This document shows, piece after piece, positions 1 through 13,387 of a DNA stretch of 64,000 nucleotides (the stretch's first letter is position 1; each line of letters begins with the position of its first letter). Origin of the DNA: Octopus vulgaris. Its lineage: Eukaryota. Position numbers and translations under genes: made by a program. The notes beneath the pieces are model-generated. The model was not told the DNA's origin, searched no databases, and saw only the letters and a program-made list of their open reading frames with translations. Location: NCBI GenBank assembly GCA_951406725.2, contig OX597829.1, positions 29,140,001 to 29,204,000 on the forward strand, written 5' to 3'.

Positions 1-282
1 TGTCAAATAACTGAGACAAGTAAAAGATGAAAGGTAAAAGATATATTTATTCTTTTATTCTTTTACTTGTTTCAGTCATTTGACTGCGACCATGCTGGAG
101 CACCACCTTAAAGGTTTGTTTTAGTCAAACAAATCAGCCCCAGGACTTATTCTTTGTAAGCCTAGTACTTATTCTATCGGTCTCTTTTGTCAAATTTCTA
201 AGTTACAGGGACATAAACACACCAGCATCAGTTGTTAAGTGATGGTTGGGGTACAAATACAGACACACACATAAATATATAC

Positions 283-338
<56 letters not shown>

Positions 339-371
339 GTATGTATATATATATATATATATATATGTATA

Positions 372-450
<79 letters not shown>

Positions 451-452
<2 letters not shown>

Positions 453-835
453 ATATAGGATAAAATTTTTTCGGGAAAAAAATTTTATCAATGGCCATCA
501 TATCAAAAAAAGCCTTTAAAGGTAAAATTTATACATAATTTACAAAATAAGGACAGAAGAAAAATTCTAATGCCAGAAAAAAAATTCTAAGACTTGGTGC
601 TTGCTTCTTCCATGGGTATGAATAAGTATTTCATTTATATCTCGCGTATGTGCCGCTGAAGAGGGGAAAATTTCTTGTGAATTAACCCCGAAATTGGACC
701 AATACGGTAATAACAAATTTTTTTAGAGATTTCTATCGGTTTGTTTCGAGACGCATAAATTTAATGGTTATCAACAATTTTTTGTTTCGCCATATCTGGC
801 ATTAGAATTTTTCTTCTGCCCTTATCTTGTAAATA
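451..835. mobile_element. Penelope-like fold-back insert (inverted arms + HHR + tail) in a (TA)n tract
   Basis: Arms about 538-577 and 796-835 are reverse complements (tacaaaataaggacagaagaaaaattctaatgccaga / tctggcattagaatttttcttctgcccttatcttgta); HHR in the loop; (TA)n on both sides. Confidence 0.75.
651..709 (+). ncRNA. Type I hammerhead ribozyme
   Basis: tgccg-CTGAAGA-gggg(19 nt loop)cccc-GAAA-ttgg a ccaa-TA-cggta; stems I, II and III all pair and the core is canonical. Confidence 0.85.
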
Positions 836-1003
836 TATATATATATATATATATACGATGGGTTTCTTTCAGTTTCTGTCTACCAAATCCACTAACAAGG
901 CCCAAGGCTATAGTAGAAAACACATGCCCAAGGTACCACACAATGGGACTGACTCCAGAATCATGTAGTTTGGAAGCAAGCTTCTTGCCACACAGCCACA
1001 CAG

Positions 1004-1100
<97 letters not shown>

Positions 1101-1142
1101 TAGATATAGATATAGATACAGATATAGATACACACACACATA

Positions 1143-1257
<115 letters not shown>

Positions 1258-1614
1258 GCACACACATATGTGCTCATAGTAGATTATTATCCTTTCAGTT
1301 TTTAATGTATAAGAGTTGTCTGATCAAAAAGGCAACACAATCATTGAATTAATTTATATAGTGGCCAAGTATTCCCCTTAAGGTTTACTGGCTCAAAGCT
1401 AACCCTGGGCTAAACAAGAACAACTTCCTTCACATTATCCCTATACTGCAATGATATAACAACTACACTACATTCACACATTTACCACTACTACTACTAG
1501 TGTCTTAGTGTAGCTGTGGCGATGCTAGTGTTGTAGCCAAAGTGGTGTAGTCGTAGTGATAGTGGCAGCGATAGTGTTGCAGTCATAAGCAGGGTTGTAG
1601 TGATAGTGTTACAA

Positions 1615-1648
1615 TGGTAGTGGTTGGTGGTGGTGGTGGTGGTGGTGG

Positions 1649-1679
<31 letters not shown>

Positions 1680-2175
1680 GGTGGTGGTGGTGGTGGTGTG
1701 CTGGTGGTGCTGGTGGTGGTGCTGGTGGTGCTGGTGGTGCTGGTGGTGCTGGTGGTGCTGGTGATGGTGCTGGTGGTGCTGGTGGTGGTGCTGGTGGTGC
1801 TGGTGGTGCTGCTGATGATGATGATGATGATGATGCTTGTAGTTTGGTGGTGGTTTGGTGATAATGTTGAAAGTTGATGATAGTGTTAGTAATGAAAAAT
1901 GGCAGTGGTGGTGGTGGCGGTGGTGGTGGTGGTGGTGGTGGTGGTGGTGGTGGTGGCGGTGGTGGTGGCGGTGGTGGTGGTGGTGGTGGTGGTGGTGGTG
2001 GCGGTGGTGGTAGCGGTGGTGGTGGCGGTGGTGGTAGCGGTGGTGGAAGGCGGCAGCAACAGTGATGGTAGCAGCAGTGGCGGCGGTGGTAGTGGTGGCA
2101 GTAGTGCTGGTGATAGTGGCAGTCGCAGTGATGGTGGTGGTGGTGGTGGTGGTGGTGGTGGTGATGATGCTGCTG
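1615..2175. repeat. (GGT)n/(GCTGGT)n compound microsatellite
   Basis: Directly visible. Confidence 0.95.
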
Positions 2176-2419
2176 GTATAATTCACCTGAGCCTTTCAAG
2201 GCCAGCCAGAAGTCTTTCATAAAAGTTTGGGTGTCTGTACGACTTGTATGAGTGTGTAAGTGTGCATGTATGTTTGTGTATGTTTGTGCGTGTGTGTTTG
2301 TGTATGGATACATAGAGAGACAGACAGACAGACAGGCAGAGGGAGAGAGAGTTACAGAGAGAGAGAGATTGATACAGATAACTAAAGATATATATTTGTA
2401 TATATGTAGGTGTGTGTGT

Positions 2420-2599
<180 letters not shown>

Positions 2600-2785
2600 T
2601 CTATATGCATGCATATATACATACACACACAAGCACATACACACACAGACATATATATATGTATAAATATACCCACACACATATACTTATATACATATAT
2701 ATGTATATATAAATATATATTTACATGTGTGTGTGTGTATGCTCTTATATATACATACATATATACATACACATATATATGTATG

Positions 2786-2835
<50 letters not shown>

Positions 2836-3278
2836 TATGTATGAATGTATATATATATATGTCTGTGCGTGTTTGTGTTTGTGTATATGTAATATGATGG
2901 AGGTTAGGAGTGGGAGAATAAGAGTAGCTGGGTGTTGGTGAGGTAGATCTTCTTCTTTGCAAGCTACCATTCTTTGGCACCAACCCAAGCTAACCAATTT
3001 CCTCAGCAGTTGCTCCACTTAATCCAGCCTAGTCTCAGAATCCTCTTGAAACCAGGAAATACAGCAGTTATCATTTCATCCTCATCTGCTTCAGCTCACT
3101 TCTTCGCAATATCTTACCGATATCTTTGCTTTGGCTCCAAACTAAGAATCTCCTCACATCTTTCTTTTAAATTTCTCTGAAACTGAAGCTCTTTCCCAAA
3201 GAATTATTGTGATGATATTATTGAAGATAATAAAAATAATAATAACAATTTTCTCTTTTACTTTTTCTACTACAGGTA

Positions 3279-3794
3279 CCATAAATCCTCGAGTATAATC
3301 CGTTTTTTTCCCCAAAATTTAACAGTCAAAATCCCTAGTGCGTACTATATACGAGGTTAAAAATGAAAAATATTTTCTATGCAATGTCCAAGTCTCTATT
3401 TGCTGTCCGGCAATGTTTATTCAGATGCATTTTGGGATGTTGGGCACAAAAATACCTTAAGCTAAGCCTAAAAGCAATGAAGTCATAAAAGAATCATCCA
3501 TAACTTACAGTAAGCGACATTTATTAAAATAAAAGTATTCAGAACACAGAATAACATGTAACAAAAACAACTTCCAAGCATATTTACATTCCCAACAGTT
3601 AAGAACATCACCATTATTGTATTACACATGCGCAGAAGTATTTGTCCGACTAGGTGCTGTTGGCTTCATTACGCATGATTCGGTTAGAGAAGGGGTGCAT
3701 GTTATACACAAGGTTTAGGTTTTTCAGAGGTACAGCCTCCTAAAAATCCCCTGCGTATTATACCCAAGGGCAGAATATACTCAAGGATTTACAG
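3279..3794. mobile_element. Non-autonomous pogo/Tigger-type MITE
   Basis: TIRs ccataaatcctcgagtataatc / gaatatactcaaggatttacag with TA on both sides; subterminal gcgta(c/t)tata repeats. Confidence 0.8.
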
Positions 3795-4411
3795 TACATG
3801 GCCAGCAATTCTGAGGGGAGAGAGAAATCTGTTACATTGCTCCCAGAGCCTGACTTATAACTTATCTTACCAACCCCAGAAGGATGAAAGGGCAAAGTCA
3901 ACCTTACTGAGATTTGAACTCAGAAAGTAAAGAGCTGGAAGAAATGGTGCTAAGCATTTTGTCCAACATGCTAATGCTTCTTCCAACTTGCTGAGTGTAA
4001 TTGTTTTAAATTTGGGCACAAGGCTAGGCATTGTCATTTTAACACTCACTTCTTTGTGCATTTGTGGGTCAGACAGAATGAACCGAGGCAAATTTTCCGG
4101 TGGCTGGATGCTCTTCCTGTCATCGAACTTCTGCTGTTTCCAACATGTCTTGGGATGTTTTCATGGAAGATGAGAAATGAATTACATCACTTGTATGACA
4201 ATGATGCTCATTTACAGGTACCACATGATATCAAAACAAGAAGAGAAAACACACAAACACACTCACACACACAATATGCTTCTACCAGATCCATTCACAA
4301 GACTTTGCTCAGCCTAAGGCTACAGGAGAAATCAGTTGCCCAAGTTCCCATACTGTAGGACTGAATCCAGAACTATATGGTTAGGAAGCAAATTCCTTAA
4401 ATGAATTTCAT

Positions 4412-4451
<40 letters not shown>

Positions 4452-4453
4452 AT

Positions 4454-4501
<48 letters not shown>

Positions 4502-4910
4502 ATGTGTACGTATTTATATGTGTGCAAGTTTATGTTTATATGTATGTGCATGCTTCTGTGATGGTTCCCACTCCACTTGGCAGTTCTGATGGTTTGTTTG
4601 CATCCCCATAACTCAGCAGTTCACCAAAAGAGAACAATACAATAAAGTACCAGACTTTTAAATAATGTAAATACTTGTGTCAATTTGTTTGAGTAAACCC
4701 TCGTAGACAGTGCCTCCGCATGGCCACACTCCTATGACCAAAAGCAAGTGAAAAAAAGAAAAGAATCAAAGAAAAGAAAAGAAAAAGAAAAACAATCAAA
4801 CAACCCAAGGGACCTAATTAGCAGTGGAAGAGGATGAACTGAAAGTATAGTTGCTAGTATAAGAACTGGCTGGGTAAGATCAGAGAACTGTTATCTCTGT
4901 TGGTAACAAA

Positions 4911-4941
<31 letters not shown>

Positions 4942-5057
4942 AGAAGGAAAAGCAGATTGCATGATGCCTATGCACAAACCACAATGCTACAATGGTCAAA
5001 AAATTCAGATTCTGAATGCAGAGGACAAGTGAATGATAGGAAAGAATTACAGCTAGC

Positions 5058-5397
5058 ATAGGCGCTCAGTGGTTAGAGCGTCGAGCTTACGATCGTGAGG
5101 TTGTGAGCTCGAATCCCGGTCCGGGCTGGGTGTTGTGTTCTTGAGCAAGACACTTTATTTCACGTTGCTCCAGTTTACTCAGCTGTAGAAATGAGTTGCG
5201 ACGTCACAGGTGCCAAGCTGTATTGGCCTTTGTCTTTCCCTTGGATAACACTGGTGGCATGGAGAGGGAAGGCTGGTATGCATGGGCGACTGCTGGTCTT
5301 CCATAAACAACCTTGCCCGGACTTGTGTCTAGGAGGGTAACTTTCTAGGTGCAATCCCATGGTCATTCATGACTGAAGGGGGTCTTTACCCTTTACT
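5058..5397 (+). mobile_element. tRNA-derived SINE family C (CORE-like)
   Basis: A/B boxes gctcagtggttagagcg...ctcgaatccc, core cttgagcaagacactttatttcac, tail ctttaccctttac; other copies at about 15405-15625, 23130-23225 and 50325-50648. Confidence 0.85.
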
Positions 5398-5399
5398 CT

Positions 5400-5700
5400 G
5401 ATGGCTGTACAATGTCAGTGCTTAGGTAGTGAGAGAAAAATTGGGCATAAGAGGCATCATATGTGGTGTATAAGAGAGGAGATTACACTGCTGTATGATG
5501 CAGTTGAGATAACAACAGCTATATAAAGAAGTCCCAGTCACTAAACATAGAAGGAGTCATTGGAAGGGGGGAGATCCATGAAGATGAGAGATGAAACGAA
5601 AACTGACCTCAGGATGTTGATCCTCTCAAAGGTGGTCTCAGATAAATGGCAATATTCTATACTTGTGAAAACCTGTCCTTCTCAGCAAAACTGAAGTCCA
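5400..5700 (+). mobile_element. Decayed RTE LINE 3' coding fragment
   Basis: Similar by eye to 12470-12780 (gagagaaaaattgggcataagaggcatc...tgtggtgt...gagaggagatt). Confidence 0.55.
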
Positions 5701-6066
5701 GTCATGCCTTACCCCCACAACTCATCTTCTAACACCCATCCTTCCATCAATCTTTTAACTGTGGTACTACTCACTCAATTGCTACTAATGATACCACTTA
5801 TCCACCCATGCATTTCACATTGTATCCTTACTACTGTCCCTTCCCGACCCCCCACCCTAAACTGATATTCACTGCATCCACCTCAATCCCCACCCTCTAA
5901 TTAAATGTCACACTCTTTTCCTTCCATTGCTCTTACCCACCTTTTCTGTTCACAGACCTTTTCTGTTCACCTGTCCCTATTCTTTCTTTCATATATTCAT
6001 CTTGTACTATGATCTCTCATCTATCTCTATCTCTCTCTCGCTCTCACTCTCTCTCTCTCTCTATCC

Positions 6067-6134
<68 letters not shown>

Positions 6135-6369
6135 GTCTGTCTTTCTCTCTCGCTATATCTCTCTCTTTTTCTCTCTCATCTCTCTCTGTCTTTCTCTCAT
6201 CTATCTCTCTCTGTCTTTCTCTCTCTCTCTCCTACCAACCTACCTACCTAGGTAGGTAGGTAAGTCGGTAGGTAGGTAGGTAGGTAGGTAGATAGATAGA
6301 TAGATAGGTGGGTGGGTAGGTAGGTAGGAAGGTAGGTAGATAGGTAGATAGATAGATAGATAGATAGAG

Positions 6370-6420
<51 letters not shown>

Positions 6421-6422
<2 letters not shown>

Positions 6423-7150
6423 TGTTTCTTTATTAGCCACACAGGGCTGCACACAGGCAGGACAAAATTTTTGGGGGTAAAAGAAGGGGGTTTGGTTTTC
6501 GATCAAAAAGGATCATAAATGGAAAGAAAGAGGACAAAAAAAGGGGGGGGATAGAATAAAAAATTTTTTAAAGGGGGGGGGAATTTGATCAATAGGGATC
6601 GTTATCACAGAAATGTCAATATGAAGTGTAAAGGGGAGGACAGGTGAGGTTTACCCGTGGAAAGAAAAGCTTACGGAAAAGACCACGGTAACCTCGGTCA
6701 ATGAAGTCACATGTTATATTTCTTTTTTTTTTTTTTTTGCAAATAAGCAACTCTCTGTATTAATTTTTACGGTTCATAGAATCATAGTCAAGATTACTTC
6801 GTCATTCATACGTGCCATCCTTGCTACATTTACCCATCTTTTTTTAAAACATTCACTAGACAAAACTTGCCTCTCTACTCTCACTTTCCTCTTCAAGTGA
6901 TACTTGAAGAAGTTGATGAGAGATTGACCAGAGAAGAAAGTGTTTGTCTCTAATCCTTTCAGGCGCGTCCACCAGATACATTCTTTCGCCATAGCCACAA
7001 GTGTGATAAAAATAGCTCTTACTTCCCATTTGAAGGAAGGAGGCGTGACGATATTAACGATAGACTCGGCTGATAAACCGACACGTCCCACACGTGACAG
7101 CAGTCGTTCGACATAAGCCCACAGGTCAGAGATTGTTGGACACTGCACGA
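6421..7150 (-). mobile_element. 5'-truncated Tx1/L1-clade LINE 3' end in a (GATA)n tract
   Basis: C-terminal ORF2-like text VQCPTISDLWAYVE...AKECIWWTR...FKKRW (ORF 6774-7343), 3' UTR with aataaa, (tcta)n/(ctgt)n flanks. Confidence 0.7.
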
Positions 7151-7573
7151 TAGATAGGCAGGCAGGCAGGCAGACAGGCAGACAGACTGACAGGCAGACA
7201 GACAGACAGACAGACAGATAGATAGATGGGAAAATAATGTATTCACCTCTGAAGCAAGGTACCTGTTGCTGTCCTTCTATCAGCTTCACCATCACCATCA
7301 TCATCTTCATCACTATCATTATCAGCAGCAGAAGCAACAGCAACTACTGCTGCCAACACCACTGTTACCATTACCTTCACCATTACCATAAATATCAGGG
7401 TTTTAGTTGCTATGGTCACCACCACCACTGCTTTTGCTATCCTAGTTGATTTCATCATCATCATCATCATCGTCGTCATTGTCATTGTCATAATCGTTGT
7501 TATTTTCATCGTAATCATCATTGTCATCATCATTGTCATCGTCGTCATCGTCATCATCATCACCATCATCATT

Positions 7574-7611
<38 letters not shown>

Positions 7612-7844
7612 TTTAACATCAACGTCAGCCATTTTTTTGCAAATTAGCACAGGTGAGACAAAATTTATGAAAGCAGTCTTTGGGAACAAACCCAAAACCA
7701 TAAATTAACTAAGCAAGTTCCTCAACCACTTAACCACAGAATTTCTGAGCTTTCTACAATTCCTCAAAATGACAACTCTTATCTAGTTGGTTTCATGTAT
7801 ACCTCAATTTTGACACCTGGGTTTTGATACTATTTTTTATCTTT

Positions 7845-8545
7845 GATCTCTTATTTGTTTCAATCATTTGACTGTGGTTATACTGGGGCTCCTGTCTTGA
7901 AGAGTTTTAGTCAAACACATCGACCCCAGGACTTTTTGTTTTTTTATAAGTCTAATACTTAATCTATCAGTTACATTTCCGGACCACTAAGTTATGGGGA
8001 CATAAACTCACTGGCACTGGTTGTCAAGCTATGGTTGTGGGGACAACCACAGACACTAAGACACATGCACACACATACACACACACACACACAAACACAC
8101 GCACACACACACACGCACGCGCACGTGCACACACACACACACACACACATATATGATGCTCTTCTTCCAGTTTCTTATTTCTTTACTGCCCACAAGGGGC
8201 TACACACAGAGGGGACAAACGGATTAAGTCGATTATATCGACCACAGTGCGTAACTGGTACTGAATTTATCGATCCTGAAAAGATGAAAGGCAAAGTCGA
8301 CCTCGGTGGAATTTGAACTCAGAACGTAGTGGCAGACGAAATATCGGTAAGCATTTCACCTGGTGTGCTAACATTTCTGCCAGCTAACTGCCTTCTTTTC
8401 TTCCAGTTTCTGTCTACCAAATCCACTCACAAGACCTTGGTCAGCCTGAGGCTATAGAAGAAGTCACTTGCCCAAGGTGCCATGCAGTGGGACTGAACCC
8501 AGAACTATATGATTGGGAAGCAAGCTTCTTACCACACAGCCACTA
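7845..8545 (-). mobile_element. SINE family A with a nested family B SINE (8176-8392)
   Basis: Nested copy is flanked by the duplication cttccagtttct. Confidence 0.8.
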
Positions 8546-8795
8546 TGTATTCCAGACTTAGAATAGTTATACTGTGTCTCTGCATGTCATAAGAAGTGAC
8601 TGTAAAACATTACTTCAGAAAATAATTTTCCAAATCAAGTTAGACGTGGGTGTATGGTTAAGAAGCTCACTTTGGGTGTATGGTTAAGAAGCTCAAGTAT
8701 AGTCCCATTACATGGCATCTAAAGAGAGTGTCTTCTGCTATAGAACTTAACCTTGTGTGTGAATTTGGTAGCTGGAAACTATGTGGAAGCATGTC

Positions 8796-8796
<1 letters not shown>

Positions 8797-8826
<30 letters not shown>

Positions 8827-9028
8827 TGTATGTATGTATGTATGTATGTATGTATGTATGTATGTATGTATGTATGTATGTATGTATGTATGTATGTATG
8901 TATGTATGTATGTATGTATGTATGTATGTATGTATGCATGTATGCATGTATGTATGTATGTATGTATGCATGTATGTATGTATGTATGTATGCATGTATA
9001 TCTATATGCATGTTTTTATGTATGTATG

Positions 9029-9062
<34 letters not shown>

Positions 9063-9222
9063 TGTATGTATGCATGTATGTATGCATGTATGTCTATATG
9101 CATGTTTTTATGTTTGTATGTATATATGTATTTATGTATGTATGTATGCATGTATGCATGTATGTATGTATGTATGTATGTATGTATGTATGTATGTATG
9201 TATGTATGTATGTATGTATATC

Positions 9223-9254
<32 letters not shown>

Positions 9255-9320
9255 TGTATGTATGTATGTATGTATGTATGTATGTATGTATGTCTGTATG
9301 TATATATGTATGTATGTATG

Positions 9321-9354
<34 letters not shown>

Positions 9355-9387
9355 TGTATGTATGTATGTATGTATGCATGTATGTAT
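8797..9387. repeat. (TATG)n microsatellite
   Basis: Directly visible; similar arrays at 52420-52895 and 57390-57605. Confidence 0.95.
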
Positions 9388-10127
9388 AGTACACACACCA
9401 CACACCATCATGCACTCTCCCACACCCACACAAGCACATAATACCTGAACACAGGCAATATATACACACACACGCACAACACACATAAACACACACAACA
9501 CACATAGACACATTTAACTTCCCCTCCCAAACATACACTATACACATGCACACTATTTGGTCACAGACACACACACACACATACACACATGCACACATGC
9601 ACACACCACCTGAACATGCACACATCAACTACCACACACAATGCACACACACAAACACATTAGCCTCACACATATACACACATCCATATGCATACTCACA
9701 TATACATACATTCATACACACATACACACACAAATACACAAAAAGCATGTCACTCCACACAATGCATACACTAGGTTACTTGTACACATACACACGCACA
9801 CAGTCCCATGCATTTGCACATACACATGATAACCCCACATACACATACACACGTCCAGATGCACACACACAGTACATGGAATGCATATCACTCCACATAA
9901 TGTACACACTGGGTACTCGCACACTAGGTACTCACACACTGGGTACTCACACATATATGCTCACACACTCATCCCATTCATGCATACACAGTCAGACACA
10001 CCATTCTTACATACACCATTCTCACATACACACATGTGCTTGTGCACCTTAGTTCACTGGTGGGGGGCATTGTTATCATTATAATAACAATAATAATAAT
10101 AATTATTATTATTATTATTATTATTAT

Positions 10128-10208
<81 letters not shown>

Positions 10209-10218
10209 TAGTAGTGGC

Positions 10219-10268
<50 letters not shown>

Positions 10269-10324
10269 CAGTAGTAGTAGTAGTAGTATCTCTCTTTCAT
10301 TCATCTTCATTTTTTTTGGTCATC

Positions 10325-10515
10325 TCATCATGTTGGACTGTTAAACTCTGCACATTTTTTTCTCTCTCCACTTTTTTTCATTCTCTCTCCATTTTATCCT
10401 TCTGAGTCCTTTCTGTTGAAGAGCTTAGGCTCAAAATGTAAAACACTTTTCCATTCTTCCTGCACTTTGTTCTTACACCTGCCTTCATCTTTTGTTTTCT
10501 GTAAATTTGAACTAT
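10325..10515 (+). mobile_element. PLE-type terminal fragment with decayed minimal HHR (10408-10444)
   Basis: Homologous to 33014-33255; ttt-CTGTTGA-agagc ttag gctc-AAAA-tg-TA-aaa. Confidence 0.55.
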
Positions 10516-11077
10516 GTATGTATGTATGTATTTAAGTAAGTATATGTGTGTGTGTATGTATGCATGAGTGTACATGTCTTTGTGTTTGTATTTGTCCTAC
10601 CACCACCACTTGACTGCTGGTATTGGTTTGATGGCCTCCCTGTAACTTAGCAGTTCAGCATAAGACACCAATAGAAAAAGTGCCAGACTTTAAAAAATAA
10701 GTTTTGGGGTTGATTTGTTTGTCAAAACTCCTGCAAGCCTGTGTCCCCCAAAAGGGTGCAGTCCTATGACTGAAACATGTAAATCAGTGCTTCCCAACCT
10801 GTCCTCTAATGGGCCCCACTATAACTTCCCAGAAAAATGTAAACGTATATTATGTTTGCTGTGGAAGTAAGATTTTCACAATTCCATGTCCCACTAAAAA
10901 AAAAAATTTGAGGCATGGCTGTGTGGTAAGATCCTGCTTCTCAACCACATGTCTCCAGGTTCAGTCCCACTGCATGGCACCTTGAGCAAGAGTTTCTATC
11001 ATAGTCTTGGGTCAACTAAAGCCTTTGTGAATGGATCTGGTAGATAGAAACTGAAAGAAGTCTGTCATGTGTATATA

Positions 11078-12102
11078 CAGGGTGTGTAAAATATTTGAGG
11101 GCATACCTCTTTTGGGTCATTACTGCATTTTTTGCTAACTCTCTATAATCTTTGTTTCAGAAAATAATAATGGCAAACCCTCTACTTACTCCAGAAATGA
11201 AGAGGCATGCTGTTAGTGTGGTCATAAAGGCTGAGCATAGCGATTTAGAAATATCTCAATTTTTAAAAGTTGCCAGGTTTTTTGTCTACACAGTTTGTAA
11301 GGAGCTAGAGACTGAAGACGGAAATGTATCACCAGTATCAAAGCATAAAAAGCATTCTAAATACTCTGAAATCATCAGAACACCTGAATTTATCCAGCTA
11401 GTTCAACAGACCATTAATTACAATCCCAGAAAGTTCATGAGGTCAATTGCAAAAGGTCACCATGTGTCAAAATGAACAGGTAGAAGTGTTGTCCACGAAG
11501 ACATCAGATGTAAGTCTTATAGGATGAGGAAAGGTCAATTTGTCAGAAAAAGCAAAAGGAAATCACTACATCAGATCTAAAAGGCTCTTAAAGAAACTGA
11601 GAGATTTGATTTGGTTTTTCTCAAATAAGAAAAACTTTGACTAAGATCAATAAGTTAACAAAAGAAATGACAGTTGGTTAAGTGCAGACCCTTCTGAAGT
11701 TCCAAGTGTTATGTATACAAAATTTCCTGCAGCTGTCATGGCTTCAGGAGTTGTCCGCAATGAAGGACATGTGATGCCTCCTTACTTCTTTCCACAAGGC
11801 CTTAGAGTTAACTCTTCTGCCTCCATTGAGGTCCTGGAAACAATTGGATAGACAGTGCATGCAATGGAAGGCCATATGTGTTTCAGTAAGACTCTTCACT
11901 ATCACACATAGCTCTAGTAACACAGAAATGGATGGCTGAAAATTTTCATGATCGCATAACTCCTAACAGTTGGCCTCCTAATTCCCAATATAAAAGGTTT
12001 ATTTTTATTCGCATAGCATTTTTTTATAAATAAAGTTATTATCTGTTATTATATATCTGTTTTTTTTATAAACATAAATCTGTCCTCAAATATCTTATGC
12101 TC

Positions 12103-12106
<4 letters not shown>
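11078..12106 (+). mobile_element. Decayed Tc1/mariner transposon (maT/DD37D-like)
   Basis: Imperfect TIRs cagggtgtgtaaaatatttgagg / cctcaaatatcttatgctctg in TA; broken transposase text (ORF 11152-11475; RNDSW, VMPPYFFPQGLRVN, PYVFQ*DS, WPPNS). Confidence 0.8.
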
Positions 12107-12133
<27 letters not shown>

Positions 12134-12135
12134 GA

Positions 12136-13283
12136 GCATTAACCTCTGAAAATCTGCAGAAAACAACTTCCGTCACTTTCCAGGGGGAAAAACTAGAAGT
12201 AGTTGATAGCTTCCGTTATCTCGGTGACCAAGTCAGTAATGGGGGTGGGTGCGCTGAAAGTGTAACTGCTAGAATAAGAATAGCCTGGACAAAGTTTAGG
12301 GAGCTCTTACCTCTGCTGGTGACTAAAGGCCTCTCGCTCAGAGTAAAAGACAGACTGTATGATGCATGTGTACGAACAGCCATGCTACATGGCAATGAAA
12401 CATGGGCCGTGACTGCTGAGGACATGCATAAGCTCGTGAGGAATGAAGCCAGTATGCTCCGATGGATGTGTAATGTCAGTGTACATACTCGACAGAGCGT
12501 TAGTACCTTGAGAGAAATGTTGTACCTAAGAAGCATCAGTTGTGGTGTGCAAGAGAGACGATTGCGCTGGTATGGTCATGTGGCGAGAATGGATGAAGAT
12601 AGGTGTGTGAGAAAGTGCCAATCCCTAGCAGTTGAGGGAACCCGTGGAAGAGGTAGACCCAGGAAAACCTGGGACGAGGTGGTGAAGCACGACCTTCGAA
12701 CTTTAGGCCTCACTGAGGAAATGACCAGCGACCAAGACCTTTGGAAATATGCTGTACGTGAGAAGAGCAGGCAGGACAAGTGAGTCCAGCCCACTTATGA
12801 ATGCCTTTCCTCCCTTGGACACAAAGACCTGTTGAGGCAAGCGAAGTCGATATAGAACCTCATCCGATGACAGGCACCCATGCCAACCCCCTTTGCTTGC
12901 GAAGACATGTTGGGGCAAGCGAAATCGAAATCGAATAGAACCAGCCAGGATCCCTGGTCTGGTGGTACGTAAAAAGCACTATCCGACTCGTGGCCGATGC
13001 CAGCGCCGCGCCGCCTCGACTGGCTTCCGTGCCGGTGGCATGTAAAATACACCAATCCGACCGTGGCCGTTGCCAGCCTCGCCTGGCACCTGTGCAGGTG
13101 GCACGTAAAAAGCACTCACTACACTCACAGAGTGGTTGGCGTTAGGAAGGGCATCCAGCTGTAGAAACATTGCCAGATAAGACTGGAGCCTGGTGCAGCC
13201 TTCTGGCTTCCCAAATCCCCGGTCAAACCGTCCAACCCATGCTAGCATGGAGAACGGACGTTAAACGATGATGATGATGATGA

Positions 13284-13287
<4 letters not shown>
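12136..13287 (+). mobile_element. 5'-truncated RTE-clade LINE with 3' UTR and (GAT)n tail
   Basis: FRYLG...MLHGNETW...RRLRWYGHVARM...GRGRPRKTW (stop at 12783); UTR with tandem ggtggcacgtaaaaagca motifs ending ggacgttaaac(gat)n. Confidence 0.92.
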
Positions 13288-13332
<45 letters not shown>

Positions 13333-13335
13333 CAT

Positions 13336-13384
<49 letters not shown>

Positions 13385-13387
<3 letters not shown>

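Larger units (their letters stand above)
52..1007 (-). mobile_element. tRNA-derived SINE family A (CORE-like) with internal microsatellite, split by an insert at 451-835
   Basis: Minus-strand head tggctgtgtgg...agtcagtccc, CORE-like ccttgggca(a/t)gtgt segment and 3' part ending gactgaaacaagtaaaa; near-identical copies at 7845-8545, 40510-40885, 47205-47652 and 63185-63605. Confidence 0.85.

Noticed and set aside
2930-3230. Unique-looking segment as a host exon
   Set aside because: The plausible frames are short or contain stops; at best a very decayed LINE fragment.
5058-5135. tRNA genes at SINE heads (also 30072, 47580, 60290 and a weak one near 14660)
   Set aside because: A/B boxes continue into SINE bodies with no intact acceptor stem or terminator.
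12955-13120. Repeated ggtggcacgtaaaaagca units resembling a CRISPR array
   Set aside because: Eukaryotic RTE 3' UTR tandem repeats; the spacers are related and the block recurs in other copies.
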